Shown here one piece after another: positions 10,261 to 18,435 of a stretch of DNA of 39,489 bases. Under the pieces are notes generated by a model. It saw nothing but the letters and a program-made list of their open reading frames with translations, did no database searches and was not told where the DNA came from. Where the stretch lies: the UHGV virus genome UHGV-0206207. The stretch is one strand, 5' to 3'. Numbering within the stretch: the first letter of the stretch is position 1; each line of letters starts with the position of its first letter. This stretch comes from a virus. The position numbers and the translations under genes were made by a program.

Positions 10261-13018
10261 GACTTCGTTCTCCTTTCAGTCTCATCTTCATGCTCTCTCG
10301 GCTTTCCAGCTCTTTCTGCGTAAATTCTGCAGTAACGCGTGCTGCTTCTCTGCCGTTATATTCAACCGGCACAACGATTGTGTATGTCGCATTTCTCTTA
10401 TAAGTATAATCATCAGATAATTCTTTCTTCGCACCTACTCTGCTTGTATATGCCGTCATGACTGGGTCAGCACTGGAAATAACCGGAATATCAATTCTGT
10501 CATTTATTTCATCGACCATTCCATAAGCTGAGATCATCGGAGTATTTTCTATTTCACCCGCTATAACACTTCTTGTTTTTGGCAGGCTCGCCCGGGATGC
10601 TGCTGCAGAATTTGCCGCGGCCGTCATCTGTGCCGCAATCGCCTGTATTCTTCCAAGGCTTGCAGCTAATCCATTTGCAAAGCTAATTCCAATATTCAGA
10701 CCACTGCTATAGGCGCTGCCCGCCCCTGACGCAAGAGATGCAAGCACGGCAGAAACCATGCTGATTGCGATTGCCTGTGTTGGCTGGAGTCCGCTTTGTA
10801 CCCCATCTTTCGCGCTGTCTCCGAGTTTCTTTCCGGAACTCTTAGCTTTTCCCGCGCCGTTGTCAAATGCACTCACTATAGATTTCACGGCACTTTTAGC
10901 CTTGTTTCCAAGAGCATCCAACCCGTCATTCACAATACTCACAGAATCCTTCATACTTGTAATGGATTTCTGCGCTGTTTTTGCGTTTTTTGCAATGGAC
11001 TTCATGCTGGAATTTACTGCCAGTAACGCGACTGCCATCGCCAGCACTCCAACACACGCTGCTACCATTGCGACACCGAATGCAACTACTCCAACTGTGA
11101 CTCCAAGCACCGCAACGCCTACTGCAAGCAATCCAACAGCAAGGACAGCGCAGCCCGCACCGGCCACGATCACACCGGCTCCAAATACCGTCATTGCAAC
11201 GCCCAATGCTCCGATTGCTACAGATGCCTGTAAGCCATACTCGGCGACAATCAGAAGTACACTTGCCACGATCGCAAGGCCTGCGCTCGCAAGCAATACT
11301 GCCGCTCCAACAAGTGCCGCAGCCACACCGAATGCAATCAGTCCAACAGCTCCTGCAGTTAAAACGGGTGCGACTGCTGCCGCTACGACCATCAATCCAC
11401 CAATTGCTACGATCAGACCAAACATCACTGCAATTGCAAGAGGTCCGGCATTTGCCAGAGAAATTGCGGACATAGTTAATACGGCGATTCCGGCCGCTGC
11501 CAAAACAACAGCTGCGCCGAATGCAACAAATCCTGCTGCACCTGCCGATAATGTCGGAGCCACCATTTTTGCCACGATCAGAAGTCCTGCGATTGCAGCT
11601 ACCATTCCAACTAAAACAGCAACAGCCAATGGTCCCGATTCCGCCACAGCTTTCGCTCCTTGAGCAAGCAAAAAGAAACCACCGCTAATCAGAGCAACTC
11701 CTGCACCAAGCATCATAAATGCTTTGGCAGATTCCATAGTGCTTTTCATGCTTTCCCTACTCGACACTCCAACTTCTCTCTGTCCCTTGGAAATTCCAAA
11801 CAATTTTCCGGCAATCGCACTAATCCCTGCGCCGGCAAGACCTGCAATCGCACTGGTGAATGCGCCTACAAACGGGGCAACACTTTTTGCAATCTTAAAG
11901 CCTTTATATGCAACGACAAGCTTAGGAATCTGAGGAATCACTTTCGCGATAGTTTCAGAATGATCCTCTAAAAATCCGGCAAATGTTTGCAGAGCCCCGC
12001 TCGCGGAATCCATTACACCGGCGAAAGAACTAATGCTTTCCGTGGATCCAAACGCACCGGTGATCTTTCCGAGATCTTCGCCGATTGCTGAAAACGCATC
12101 CCCGAAAGCTGTTTTTACCTCAGAGGCCTCTGTTTTTAAAACATTCCAGTACCCACTTGCTTTATCGAAAAATCCAGTTAATTTCCCTGCGATTGCATCC
12201 CCATCAAGATCTCCTATTTTATTTATTATCCCATCTAGGGACTTGATCGCTCGACCGGATAGAACATCAAATGACGGTGCCAGCTTATTGCTTACTGTTT
12301 CGGTCAGACCATCCATTGCCTGATCTACAGTCTTATACTCTGTAGCAAGCTTCGTAAATGCGTCATTTGTGCCGACTTTTGCGATAGCATCAAAGAAATC
12401 TTCTGTCGCGATTTTTCCGTCCTGCACATTCTGCACCAGATCCGTGGTAGTCATGCCCATTTCTTTTGCGACTGCCGATATACCAGCCGGAGTCTGTTCG
12501 ATCATAAGTTTAAAGTCTGCCCAAGCAACTGTTGGTTTCGCTGCCATCTGTGTAGCTTGCTGGCTTAAAGTTTTCATTGCCTGTTTTGGATTCTCAGCTG
12601 CCGCCGCAAGCCCTCCGAATCCCTTTACAAGCTTGTTCGTGCTTTTAATACCTACTGCACTCAGCTGAGCGTAAGTACTCGCCATATCAGATGCGCTGTA
12701 AATTGTATCTTCTGCAAACTCTTGCAATTCCTTTTTTACAGATGCAATCTCGTCAGCGCCTTTGCCAACCATCGACATGTTTCCGTTAAATGTTTTCCAT
12801 GCAGCACTGGAAGAATTTAATTCCGACACCATACCGCCAATACTGGATGTGACAGCACCAAATGCCTTTTGTCCAATTCCGGCCATGATTCCAAATCCGA
12901 TTCCACTTGTGAGCGTGCTTTTTAAATTGCTTACGGTACCCATTGCAGATTTGAAAGCAGACGTAAATCCTCTATCCTGCGCAGATAATATTGCCTTTAC
13001 GGAAAAACTTTCTGCCAT
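10253..13018 (-). CDS. tail tape measure protein
   Basis: 921 aa. It has a long Ala/Gly/Val-rich hydrophobic central segment flanked by helical Lys/Glu/Ser-rich regions, and it sits after the G/T chaperone pair. Confidence 0.85.
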   Translation of the reverse strand: MAESFSVKAILSAQDRGFTSAFKSAMGTVSNLKSTLTSGIGFGIMAGIGQKAFGAVTSSIGGMVSELNSSSAAWKTFNGNMSMVGKGADEIASVKKELQEFAEDTIYSASDMASTYAQLSAVGIKSTNKLVKGFGGLAAAAENPKQAMKTLSQQATQMAAKPTVAWADFKLMIEQTPAGISAVAKEMGMTTTDLVQNVQDGKIATEDFFDAIAKVGTNDAFTKLATEYKTVDQAMDGLTETVSNKLAPSFDVLSGRAIKSLDGIINKIGDLDGDAIAGKLTGFFDKASGYWNVLKTEASEVKTAFGDAFSAIGEDLGKITGAFGSTESISSFAGVMDSASGALQTFAGFLEDHSETIAKVIPQIPKLVVAYKGFKIAKSVAPFVGAFTSAIAGLAGAGISAIAGKLFGISKGQREVGVSSRESMKSTMESAKAFMMLGAGVALISGGFFLLAQGAKAVAESGPLAVAVLVGMVAAIAGLLIVAKMVAPTLSAGAAGFVAFGAAVVLAAAGIAVLTMSAISLANAGPLAIAVMFGLIVAIGGLMVVAAAVAPVLTAGAVGLIAFGVAAALVGAAVLLASAGLAIVASVLLIVAEYGLQASVAIGALGVAMTVFGAGVIVAGAGCAVLAVGLLAVGVAVLGVTVGVVAFGVAMVAACVGVLAMAVALLAVNSSMKSIAKNAKTAQKSITSMKDSVSIVNDGLDALGNKAKSAVKSIVSAFDNGAGKAKSSGKKLGDSAKDGVQSGLQPTQAIAISMVSAVLASLASGAGSAYSSGLNIGISFANGLAASLGRIQAIAAQMTAAANSAAASRASLPKTRSVIAGEIENTPMISAYGMVDEINDRIDIPVISSADPVMTAYTSRVGAKKELSDDYTYKRNATYTIVVPVEYNGREAARVTAEFTQKELESRESMKMRLKGERSHV

Positions 13019-13022
13019 GCCA

Positions 13023-13337
13023 TCACTCTCCTTTCATCATTCTGCCGATTATGTCTAATCTTTCGTTTTTCTTCTTGCGATTCTTCACGCGATCTACTTC
13101 TTTTTCGTAATCAAAAAACTTTCTGAATCTCTGATAAACTGGTTTAGTCTTATTCTTTCCGACCTTTTTCTCTGCTTTCACAGCAAAATTCAGGAATGCT
13201 TGTAGATGATTTCGATAGTCCCTGTCTACTTCTCTTAGCTGCAAAGCCTCCATGAGCAGGGTGTATTCTGGAATTGTCAACCTATCCACTTCTTCAAAGC
13301 TTTTAAAGCCAAGATATCGGAAACAATTCAACGCCAC
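13023..13337 (-). CDS. tail assembly chaperone T-like segment, probably expressed as a G-T fusion by a -1 frameshift
   Basis: 104-aa basic ORF that begins 24 nt after the stop of the preceding ORF. It is in the -1 frame, and that frame stays open back into the 3' end of the upstream gene. The listed start is GTG. Confidence 0.45.
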   Translation of the reverse strand: MALNCFRYLGFKSFEEVDRLTIPEYTLLMEALQLREVDRDYRNHLQAFLNFAVKAEKKVGKNKTKPVYQRFRKFFDYEKEVDRVKNRKKKNERLDIIGRMMKGE

Positions 13338-13360
13338 CTCTCTGTAGGATTCTTCAAAAT

Positions 13361-13786
13361 CTACATCATCAACTCTCTCTTCTTCACTTCTTCCTCTTCC
13401 ATTCTCTGTTTCTCTTTCTCCACAGCGTCCACAATCTCTTTTGTAGCTTTTTTCGTAGCATTGGTACTCTTCAAGAAACCCATTACTGTTTCTGTAAGCT
13501 CATCAATATCTGTGTCCTCATCGTCGATATACTCATCTAAAAGGCCTCTTGTCACTCTCGGATTCTGCCCTTTATTCGCAACATCAAGAATGTTTACCAG
13601 CGCATCCGGATCACCATTCACTAAGTTCATAAGCGCATATCGGAATCCTACGTCTTTTTTTACTCCCGGCAATCCATCCACAGGCATATTCGTCTGCTTG
13701 TTGATCTCTCTTAAAAATCCCATTCCGAATTTAAACTGGTACACCTGTCCGTTAATTGTTAATTCCATCATATTTTTTACCTCCAT
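13361..13786 (-). CDS. tail assembly chaperone (gpG-like)
   Basis: 141-aa acidic protein between the major tail protein and the tape measure. My hand translation of its last ~25 codons disagrees with the ORF track by compensating 1-nt shifts, so the C-terminus should be treated with caution. Confidence 0.55.
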   Translation of the reverse strand: MEVKNMMELTINGQVYQFKFGMGFLREINKQTNMPVDGLPGVKKDVGFRYALMNLVNGDPDALVNILDVANKGQNPRVTRGLLDEYIDDEDTDIDELTETVMGFLKSTNATKKATKEIVDAVEKEKQRMEEEEVKKRELMM

Positions 13787-13799
13787 TAAAAGAGAGCGG

Positions 13800-13892
13800 T
13801 CTCGCCGCCCTCTATGTACATGATCTATTCTTTTCCTACTTTTGCTTTTCCTACTTTACCTCTGCCGATTAAGGCTACATCGTCAGAGGGCA
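13800..13892 (-). ncRNA. conserved structured 3'-UTR/intergenic element, copy B, after the major tail protein gene
   Basis: A hairpin CCTCTG-19nt-CAGAGG starts 3 nt after the stop codon. It is followed by A-rich GCAAAAGTAGGAAAAG. It is homologous to copy A at 16176-16257, and the stem carries compensatory changes. Confidence 0.5.
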
Positions 13893-14420
13893 TTATTCCC
13901 CCTCTTTCACGCTGTCCTTAAACACATAAGCTGCTACTTCCTGCTGCTGTGCAGTTACAGTAACATCCCCTCGTTTTCCAGAGCCGTTAACACCAAAAGT
14001 AAGAGACACCTCTACATTTTCATCTGCCGAGGATGTGATCTCAAATTCCGTGAGATATCCCTGGAAATACATGCCCTTAAACTTATTCGGACCAGGTTCT
14101 GCCGGATCCTCAAGGTTTGCTTCCCAGATTTCAAGCAACTCATCCGAATCCATTGCGTCCTCTAACTCAGAGATTAACTTATCTTTCTTCGCAAGGATAG
14201 CAGTAGCTGTGATTTCTGTTTCCGCAGCCCCGGGTGTGCGAATTGTTCCGTCCTTCGTTGCCGTAGAATCCGCATCCTTGCTTTTTGTTCTTCCATTTTC
14301 TGTCGTGAATGCAAGATTTTTCGCAGCCTCTTCTTTGGCTTTTCCTGCAAGTCGATACAAATAGACGATTTTCTTGCCAGATACCGCCTCTGCAAATAAC
14401 TGTAGTCCTGTCTTAAACAT
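13893..14420 (-). CDS. major tail protein
   Basis: 175 aa in the usual position, with GAGGAG 7 nt upstream. The N-terminus MFKTGLQLFAE carries the same LQLFA motif as the capsid and scaffold proteins. Confidence 0.65.
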   Translation of the reverse strand: MFKTGLQLFAEAVSGKKIVYLYRLAGKAKEEAAKNLAFTTENGRTKSKDADSTATKDGTIRTPGAAETEITATAILAKKDKLISELEDAMDSDELLEIWEANLEDPAEPGPNKFKGMYFQGYLTEFEITSSADENVEVSLTFGVNGSGKRGDVTVTAQQQEVAAYVFKDSVKEGE

Positions 14421-14434
14421 GCTTTTTCTCCTCT

Positions 14435-14818
14435 CTAACTAAAACTAAATTCTATTTCCAGCAACCCGTGTAAAAGAGGGTGCTTTGTTGTTGTATCCGG
14501 AAGAATCCTCTGATTTACATTCCGGACATCCCATGCAAAATTTTCGGTATGATCCAGTTTTCTGCATGTGGTTTTGATCGCCAACAGCATTTTTGATACC
14601 GTCCCGCGCCGTTTTGGATTGTCGTGCCAAATATGGATTGTCTGATGGACACTGCCAAACACAGCGGTCTTATTCGCATCATCGATCAATTGGCTGTCTG
14701 CGAGATAAACAAAAGGATACGGCGTACCATCCGGCGGTAAGAAGCCGTCATATACGTCATATCCTAATGCTTTGATCTCTGTAAGTAATTTTGTAAATAA
14801 TTCTTGCTGTGGATCCAT
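14435..14818 (-). CDS. tail completion / tail terminator protein
   Basis: 127 aa, lying between the HK97-gp10-like gene and the major tail gene. The call rests on gene order only. Confidence 0.45.
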   Translation of the reverse strand: MDPQQELFTKLLTEIKALGYDVYDGFLPPDGTPYPFVYLADSQLIDDANKTAVFGSVHQTIHIWHDNPKRRGTVSKMLLAIKTTCRKLDHTENFAWDVRNVNQRILPDTTTKHPLLHGLLEIEFSFS

Positions 14819-14821
14819 ATC

Positions 14822-15160
14822 TCACCTCACAAGCTTTTGCAAATCTTTTTCAAACTGTTTCTTTTGCTCCTCAAATGCGGGTTTTAAATAGGGTTGGGCT
14901 TCCATGAATCGGGTTCCGAGTTCTACATAAGGCGCATACTCAGCTGTTGGTTCGACAGTGGCGGTCATCCCACCATCAGAGATGTCAATACCGATACTTC
15001 TTTTCAGTGTTCCAGTATCGACTGGAGCATTCCTCTGCGCTTTCTTTTGCATATCTGCCCCGTTTTTCCGTACAACTGTCTGCACAGCACTCATATCCAT
15101 CCGCTTCTTCAAACCTTTATTCAGCTTTGCGATTCCTTCGATTTTTAACGTAGCCATCAC
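14822..15160 (-). CDS. HK97 gp10-family tail component
   Basis: 112 aa containing DTGTLKRSI, a motif characteristic of the gp10 family. Confidence 0.6.
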   Translation of the reverse strand: MMATLKIEGIAKLNKGLKKRMDMSAVQTVVRKNGADMQKKAQRNAPVDTGTLKRSIGIDISDGGMTATVEPTAEYAPYVELGTRFMEAQPYLKPAFEEQKKQFEKDLQKLVR

Positions 15161-15459
15161 TGCACCTCCGATACTACAAACACATGCTTTGTTCGCAGTT
15201 TCCGCTCAAAATCCACTCTGTATAAGGCGTTGCCTATTCGGATACGGTCAAACGGCTTTTTGTAATGCATCTGTAACCGCACCGTCTTGCTTCCCTGCTT
15301 TATGGATCCATATACAAGGTTCATTATCTCTGTTCCGGTATCTGTCACACTTGCGTGTCTTTTCGCTTCTGATACTGTATCATCTCTATAATCCCCAGTA
15401 GCTTTGTCATACTCCCCAGGTGTGATCAACTGGAAGAAAACTTCTGTATCACATCTCAA
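15157..15459 (-). CDS. head closure / head-tail adaptor protein
   Basis: 100 aa. The call rests on position and size, and its stop overlaps the next gene. Confidence 0.45.
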   Translation of the reverse strand: MRCDTEVFFQLITPGEYDKATGDYRDDTVSEAKRHASVTDTGTEIMNLVYGSIKQGSKTVRLQMHYKKPFDRIRIGNALYRVDFERKLRTKHVFVVSEVQ

Positions 15460-15776
15460 ATAAATCTCACCCTTCCTCGTTTTGATTCTTTTTGTGAGTC
15501 AAGAAAAGCCTGTATCTCATTCATAAATCCATCAAAATCATTGTCGTTGTAAGACATGCTTTCGCCCTCAACATTGTGTGATGACATTCCCTCTGATCCC
15601 AAACGATTAAACCGGATCACTGCCACTTCCACGACAATGTGATTCATTTCTTGCGGTACTTCGATTCCTCTAAGCAGGAGCTTTAACCGCCCCTGCACAG
15701 ATCTAAGAATCAGTTCCAGTTTCTGATCAAGAGAATCATCCTCGATTCCAAGAAATTTTTTTAAATCATCCAGCAT
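15456..15776 (-). CDS. head-tail connector (gp6-like DNA packaging / connector protein)
   Basis: 106 aa, immediately after the collagen-like gene. The call rests on position only. Confidence 0.45.
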   Translation of the reverse strand: MLDDLKKFLGIEDDSLDQKLELILRSVQGRLKLLLRGIEVPQEMNHIVVEVAVIRFNRLGSEGMSSHNVEGESMSYNDNDFDGFMNEIQAFLDSQKESKRGRVRFI

Positions 15777-15790
15777 TCAATTTCAACTCC

Positions 15791-16174
15791 TTACGAATTC
15801 GCCATGATACCCTGTTTTTTCATTTCAGCAAGAATTGCATTGATTTTATTTTTCAGGTCAGTTGCTGTTTCTGTGGACAAATCTTCGATCAAAGCCATCT
15901 GTTTCACGCCGCCGAGCGTTGTCTTGTTTGCTGCTGGAAGAGTGTAGCTTGGTCCCGCAGGTCCCTGTGCGCCTGGATCTCCCTTGTCTCCTTTCGGTCC
16001 TGCTACTCCTGGATCGCCTTTTTCGCCTTTTGCCCCTGCTGGTCCTGCCGGTCCTACTGCTCCTGCTGGTCCTGCTGGTCCAACCTGCTCATTCTTCACG
16101 CCTTGCTCTAACTTATTCAGTTTCTCTGCTGTAATAACGTCATCATTATTCCATTTAGTTGGTTCATATACCAT
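15791..16174 (-). CDS. collagen-like repeat protein, probably a head decoration or fibre protein
   Basis: 127 aa. The centre is an uninterrupted ~60-aa Gly-X-Y region ([44 protein letters not shown]). It sits right after the MCP gene. Confidence 0.6.
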   Translation of the reverse strand: MVYEPTKWNNDDVITAEKLNKLEQGVKNEQVGPAGPAGAVGPAGPAGAKGEKGDPGVAGPKGDKGDPGAQGPAGPSYTLPAANKTTLGGVKQMALIEDLSTETATDLKNKINAILAEMKKQGIMANS

Positions 16175-16175
16175 A

Positions 16176-16257
16176 ACTCATACCTCCTATTTTGCTTTAC
16201 CTACTTTTGCCTTTCCAACTTTCCCCCTGCCTACCAAGGCGAGGTCTTCAGGGGGTG
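16176..16257 (-). ncRNA. conserved structured 3'-UTR/intergenic element, copy A, after the major capsid gene
   Basis: A hairpin CCCCCTG-19nt-CAGGGGG starts 3 nt after the MCP stop. It is followed by AAAGTTGGAAAGGCAAAAGTAGGTAAAG and the RBS of the next gene. There is no U-tract. Confidence 0.5.
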
Positions 16258-17184
16258 CTATTCCCCCACCGACACTTTAACTACAGCTTTCTTGTTGTCA
16301 TTCGGAATAAATTCTCCAGCCTTACCAGCTCCCTGCAAAGCTACACCGTCGAAATCCTCGGATTCGATTGTTCTCGCTGTGTTAATTCCGGTAAATGCTT
16401 TTGCAACTCCGGCAATATATGCATAGGCGCATTCTTTAGACTGGAATAATTCATCCGGAATCTCCTCTACAAGGAATCCCTTGAACTTCACAACTTCATT
16501 GCCATCAATGTTTACAGTAGAATTTTTAGCAGTTGTATTCAAAGGATGATCCGAAACGGCATTGTACAGATCAGAGCAAACCTTAATTTTTTTCGTTCCA
16601 ACTGCTTCGATGTTGTTAAAATACTTAGACAGCTCATTAAACAGCTTTAATACATTGTCTTCTGTATAATCAGTAACACTTAAAGTTTTTCCGGCAGATG
16701 TGGAAATAAATTTTCCGTGCTGCTTGTTAAACTGCTTTGTCTTAGCCCTCGCCTGCAGTTCCAAGCGATCTGCTACCGCAACGTCAAAATCATTGTTTAC
16801 CGTGTGTCGGTCAATTCCCTCGTGGTAATTCCATCCCCAAGAGTAATTAACCGGCGTGTTCGCGTAGATAATCTCTTTTCTCTCCCCGAAACGGCTAGAG
16901 TTCCCTGTTCCCGTTCCAAACGCTTTCGTAGCTGTTTTATCGTACCCAGTTCCAACCACAACCGGAATGTCTGATGTTTTTACATAAAAGGCTGTTTCAT
17001 TTTCTCTGACTCCATCCAGTACCTCAAGTTCGCCGACGAAAAAATCCGCGAAATAAGACATCTTTTTAAATACTACCTCCAAAAGGCTTTTAAACTCAAG
17101 TTGGTAGCTTCTTACCGGCATATCATTGTTGTCTCCTGCCGCAAATAACTGTAACATCATAAATTCTTTATTCTTCATCTTCAC
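16258..17184 (-). CDS. major capsid protein
   Basis: 308 aa lying after the scaffold gene. The N-terminal leader [17 protein letters not shown] carries the Prp-type cleavage motif. AGGAGAA is the RBS. Confidence 0.75.
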   Translation of the reverse strand: MKMKNKEFMMLQLFAAGDNNDMPVRSYQLEFKSLLEVVFKKMSYFADFFVGELEVLDGVRENETAFYVKTSDIPVVVGTGYDKTATKAFGTGTGNSSRFGERKEIIYANTPVNYSWGWNYHEGIDRHTVNNDFDVAVADRLELQARAKTKQFNKQHGKFISTSAGKTLSVTDYTEDNVLKLFNELSKYFNNIEAVGTKKIKVCSDLYNAVSDHPLNTTAKNSTVNIDGNEVVKFKGFLVEEIPDELFQSKECAYAYIAGVAKAFTGINTARTIESEDFDGVALQGAGKAGEFIPNDNKKAVVKVSVGE

Positions 17185-17192
17185 ATTCTCCT

Positions 17193-17768
17193 TTATTTAT
17201 ACTTTGCAAGCCTCTTTTCGAATTCAGACAACTGGCTTCCTGAGTTCGTCATGGTTTTTGGTGTAGTTCCGGTTGCTCTGGCGATCTCGGCTTTCTTAAG
17301 CTGGGATTCCACGATTTTTACAAGCTTATCAATTTTTGCATTCGTATCATCAGCGTCATTCCCTACAACAAAATCAAGAACATCCTGCGTTGCTTCAATT
17401 CCTTTTTCTGCAAGAATGCCTGTGGCGCTTCTGCTAAGCTCAACCTTTGCAGCCTCCTGCTTCAGTTTTTCATTCTCTTTTTGCAACTTCTCGATCTCGT
17501 AATTCTGTTTCTGCTCAGCATTCATTTTTGCCAGCTTTTCTGCCTCTTCCTTAGCACTCTTTACCGCCTGTTCCTGCTCAGTTTTCCATTTTGCGAATCT
17601 TTTGTTTACAATCGCATCCACATCCTTGTCTGTGTACTTCTTTTCTTCCCCGCTATCACCAGATGTGTTTTCCGGATTAACACTATCTTTCACCGCATCA
17701 GGTTCTGCTGTGTGATCTACGGTTTCTTCTGCAAATAACTGCAGCATTCTAAACATCCTGCTCTTCAT
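17193..17768 (-). CDS. scaffolding protein
   Basis: 191-aa, strongly helical protein rich in Glu and Lys, placed before the MCP gene. The N-terminus MKSRMFRMLQLFAEE carries the same motif. AGGAGG is the RBS. Confidence 0.65.
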   Translation of the reverse strand: MKSRMFRMLQLFAEETVDHTAEPDAVKDSVNPENTSGDSGEEKKYTDKDVDAIVNKRFAKWKTEQEQAVKSAKEEAEKLAKMNAEQKQNYEIEKLQKENEKLKQEAAKVELSRSATGILAEKGIEATQDVLDFVVGNDADDTNAKIDKLVKIVESQLKKAEIARATGTTPKTMTNSGSQLSEFEKRLAKYK

Positions 17769-17850
17769 TTTCTTTACCTCCTAAAAGTTTAATGACATTC
17801 TTCATGGTCCTTTCCCCTAGCTTTTTACACCTTCAAGACTTGGGCGCGAA

Positions 17851-18138
17851 TTACATAATTGCTACATAATCCGGAAACTCATCGGCAATCAAGCGAATGC
17901 CAACGAAAAAGGAATCCACCAGAGTTTTTGATTTCTCTGACAGATTCCTGTATTCTATCTCAGCCTTTCCGGGAGATATTCTGTATTCTATTTCATCATC
18001 CGTTAAGTCATCAATCGACTGAATCAGCGTCTGTGTAAGTGCTGTCACAGCTGCACACACAATATCTTTTCCCGGCTCCGCATACCCGGCGTGTCCAGAG
18101 ATTTTAATTCGCTCTGGTCGAATTCTCACCTCAATCAA
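17851..18138 (-). CDS. Prp-family cysteine protease (ribosomal-processing-protease homologue used for phage head maturation)
   Basis: 95 aa with SGHAGYAEPGKDIVCAAVTAL, which matches the conserved His...Cys dyad region of Prp/YsxB (DUF464). It is located between MuF and the scaffold gene, as in staphylococcal 80alpha-type phages. Confidence 0.8.
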   Translation of the reverse strand: MIEVRIRPERIKISGHAGYAEPGKDIVCAAVTALTQTLIQSIDDLTDDEIEYRISPGKAEIEYRNLSEKSKTLVDSFFVGIRLIADEFPDYVAIM

Positions 18139-18159
18139 ATCGCATCACCTCCAAAATGC

Positions 18160-18196
18160 GCATAAAAATACCATCAGCCCGCTCGACCGATGGTAT
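18160..18196 (-). terminator. rho-independent terminator between the MuF/79-aa unit and the head genes
   Basis: ATACCATC-13nt-GATGGTAT hairpin that overlaps the stop of the 79-aa gene. On the minus strand it is followed by TTTTTATGC. Confidence 0.55.
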
Positions 18197-18435
18197 TACA
18201 TTGCTTCAATTTCTACTTCTTTTACTAGATCGTTTAACGACTTTCCACTATAAAATTTATCATTCATAACTTTATCCACATTATCATACTCTTTCACGTC
18301 ATCGCCATGCCACGCTTGATATGTCGGAACATAATTATGAACTTCAACTGTCACTCCAGATGACAATCCTCTGTAAGAGAAAGAAATATCATTGCAACAC
18401 TCAGATAAAATTTGTCTTAATTCATCTTTATTCAT
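18196..18435 (-). CDS. hypothetical 79-aa protein; candidate immunity protein for the MuF C-terminal domain
   Basis: AT-rich relative to its neighbours, judged by eye. Its start overlaps the MuF stop (ATGA-type coupling). It lies between MuF and a terminator. Confidence 0.5.
   Translation of the reverse strand: MNKDELRQILSECCNDISFSYRGLSSGVTVEVHNYVPTYQAWHGDDVKEYDNVDKVMNDKFYSGKSLNDLVKEVEIEAM

Noticed and set aside
10758-11663. 301-aa plus-strand ORF (Ala/Thr/Pro-rich) and other plus-strand ORFs inside the tape-measure gene
   Set aside because: These are antisense artefacts of the GC/Ala-codon-rich TMP region. They have low-complexity translations and no RBS.
13361-13440. Apparent mismatch between my hand translation and the ORF-track protein for the last ~25 codons of the gpG-like gene
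   Set aside because: My reading of the displayed bases gives compensating plus-1 and minus-1 shifts relative to the track near 13381 and 13438-13442. The ORF boundaries are the same in both. I treat this as my own transcription uncertainty or a homopolymer ambiguity rather than biology, but it is worth recomputing because it lies in the putative frameshift region.
17769-17850. Possible upstream in-frame start for the scaffold gene at the ATG at 17804
   Set aside because: An in-frame TAG lies between it and the AGGAGG-preceded ATG at 17768, so 17768 stands as the start.
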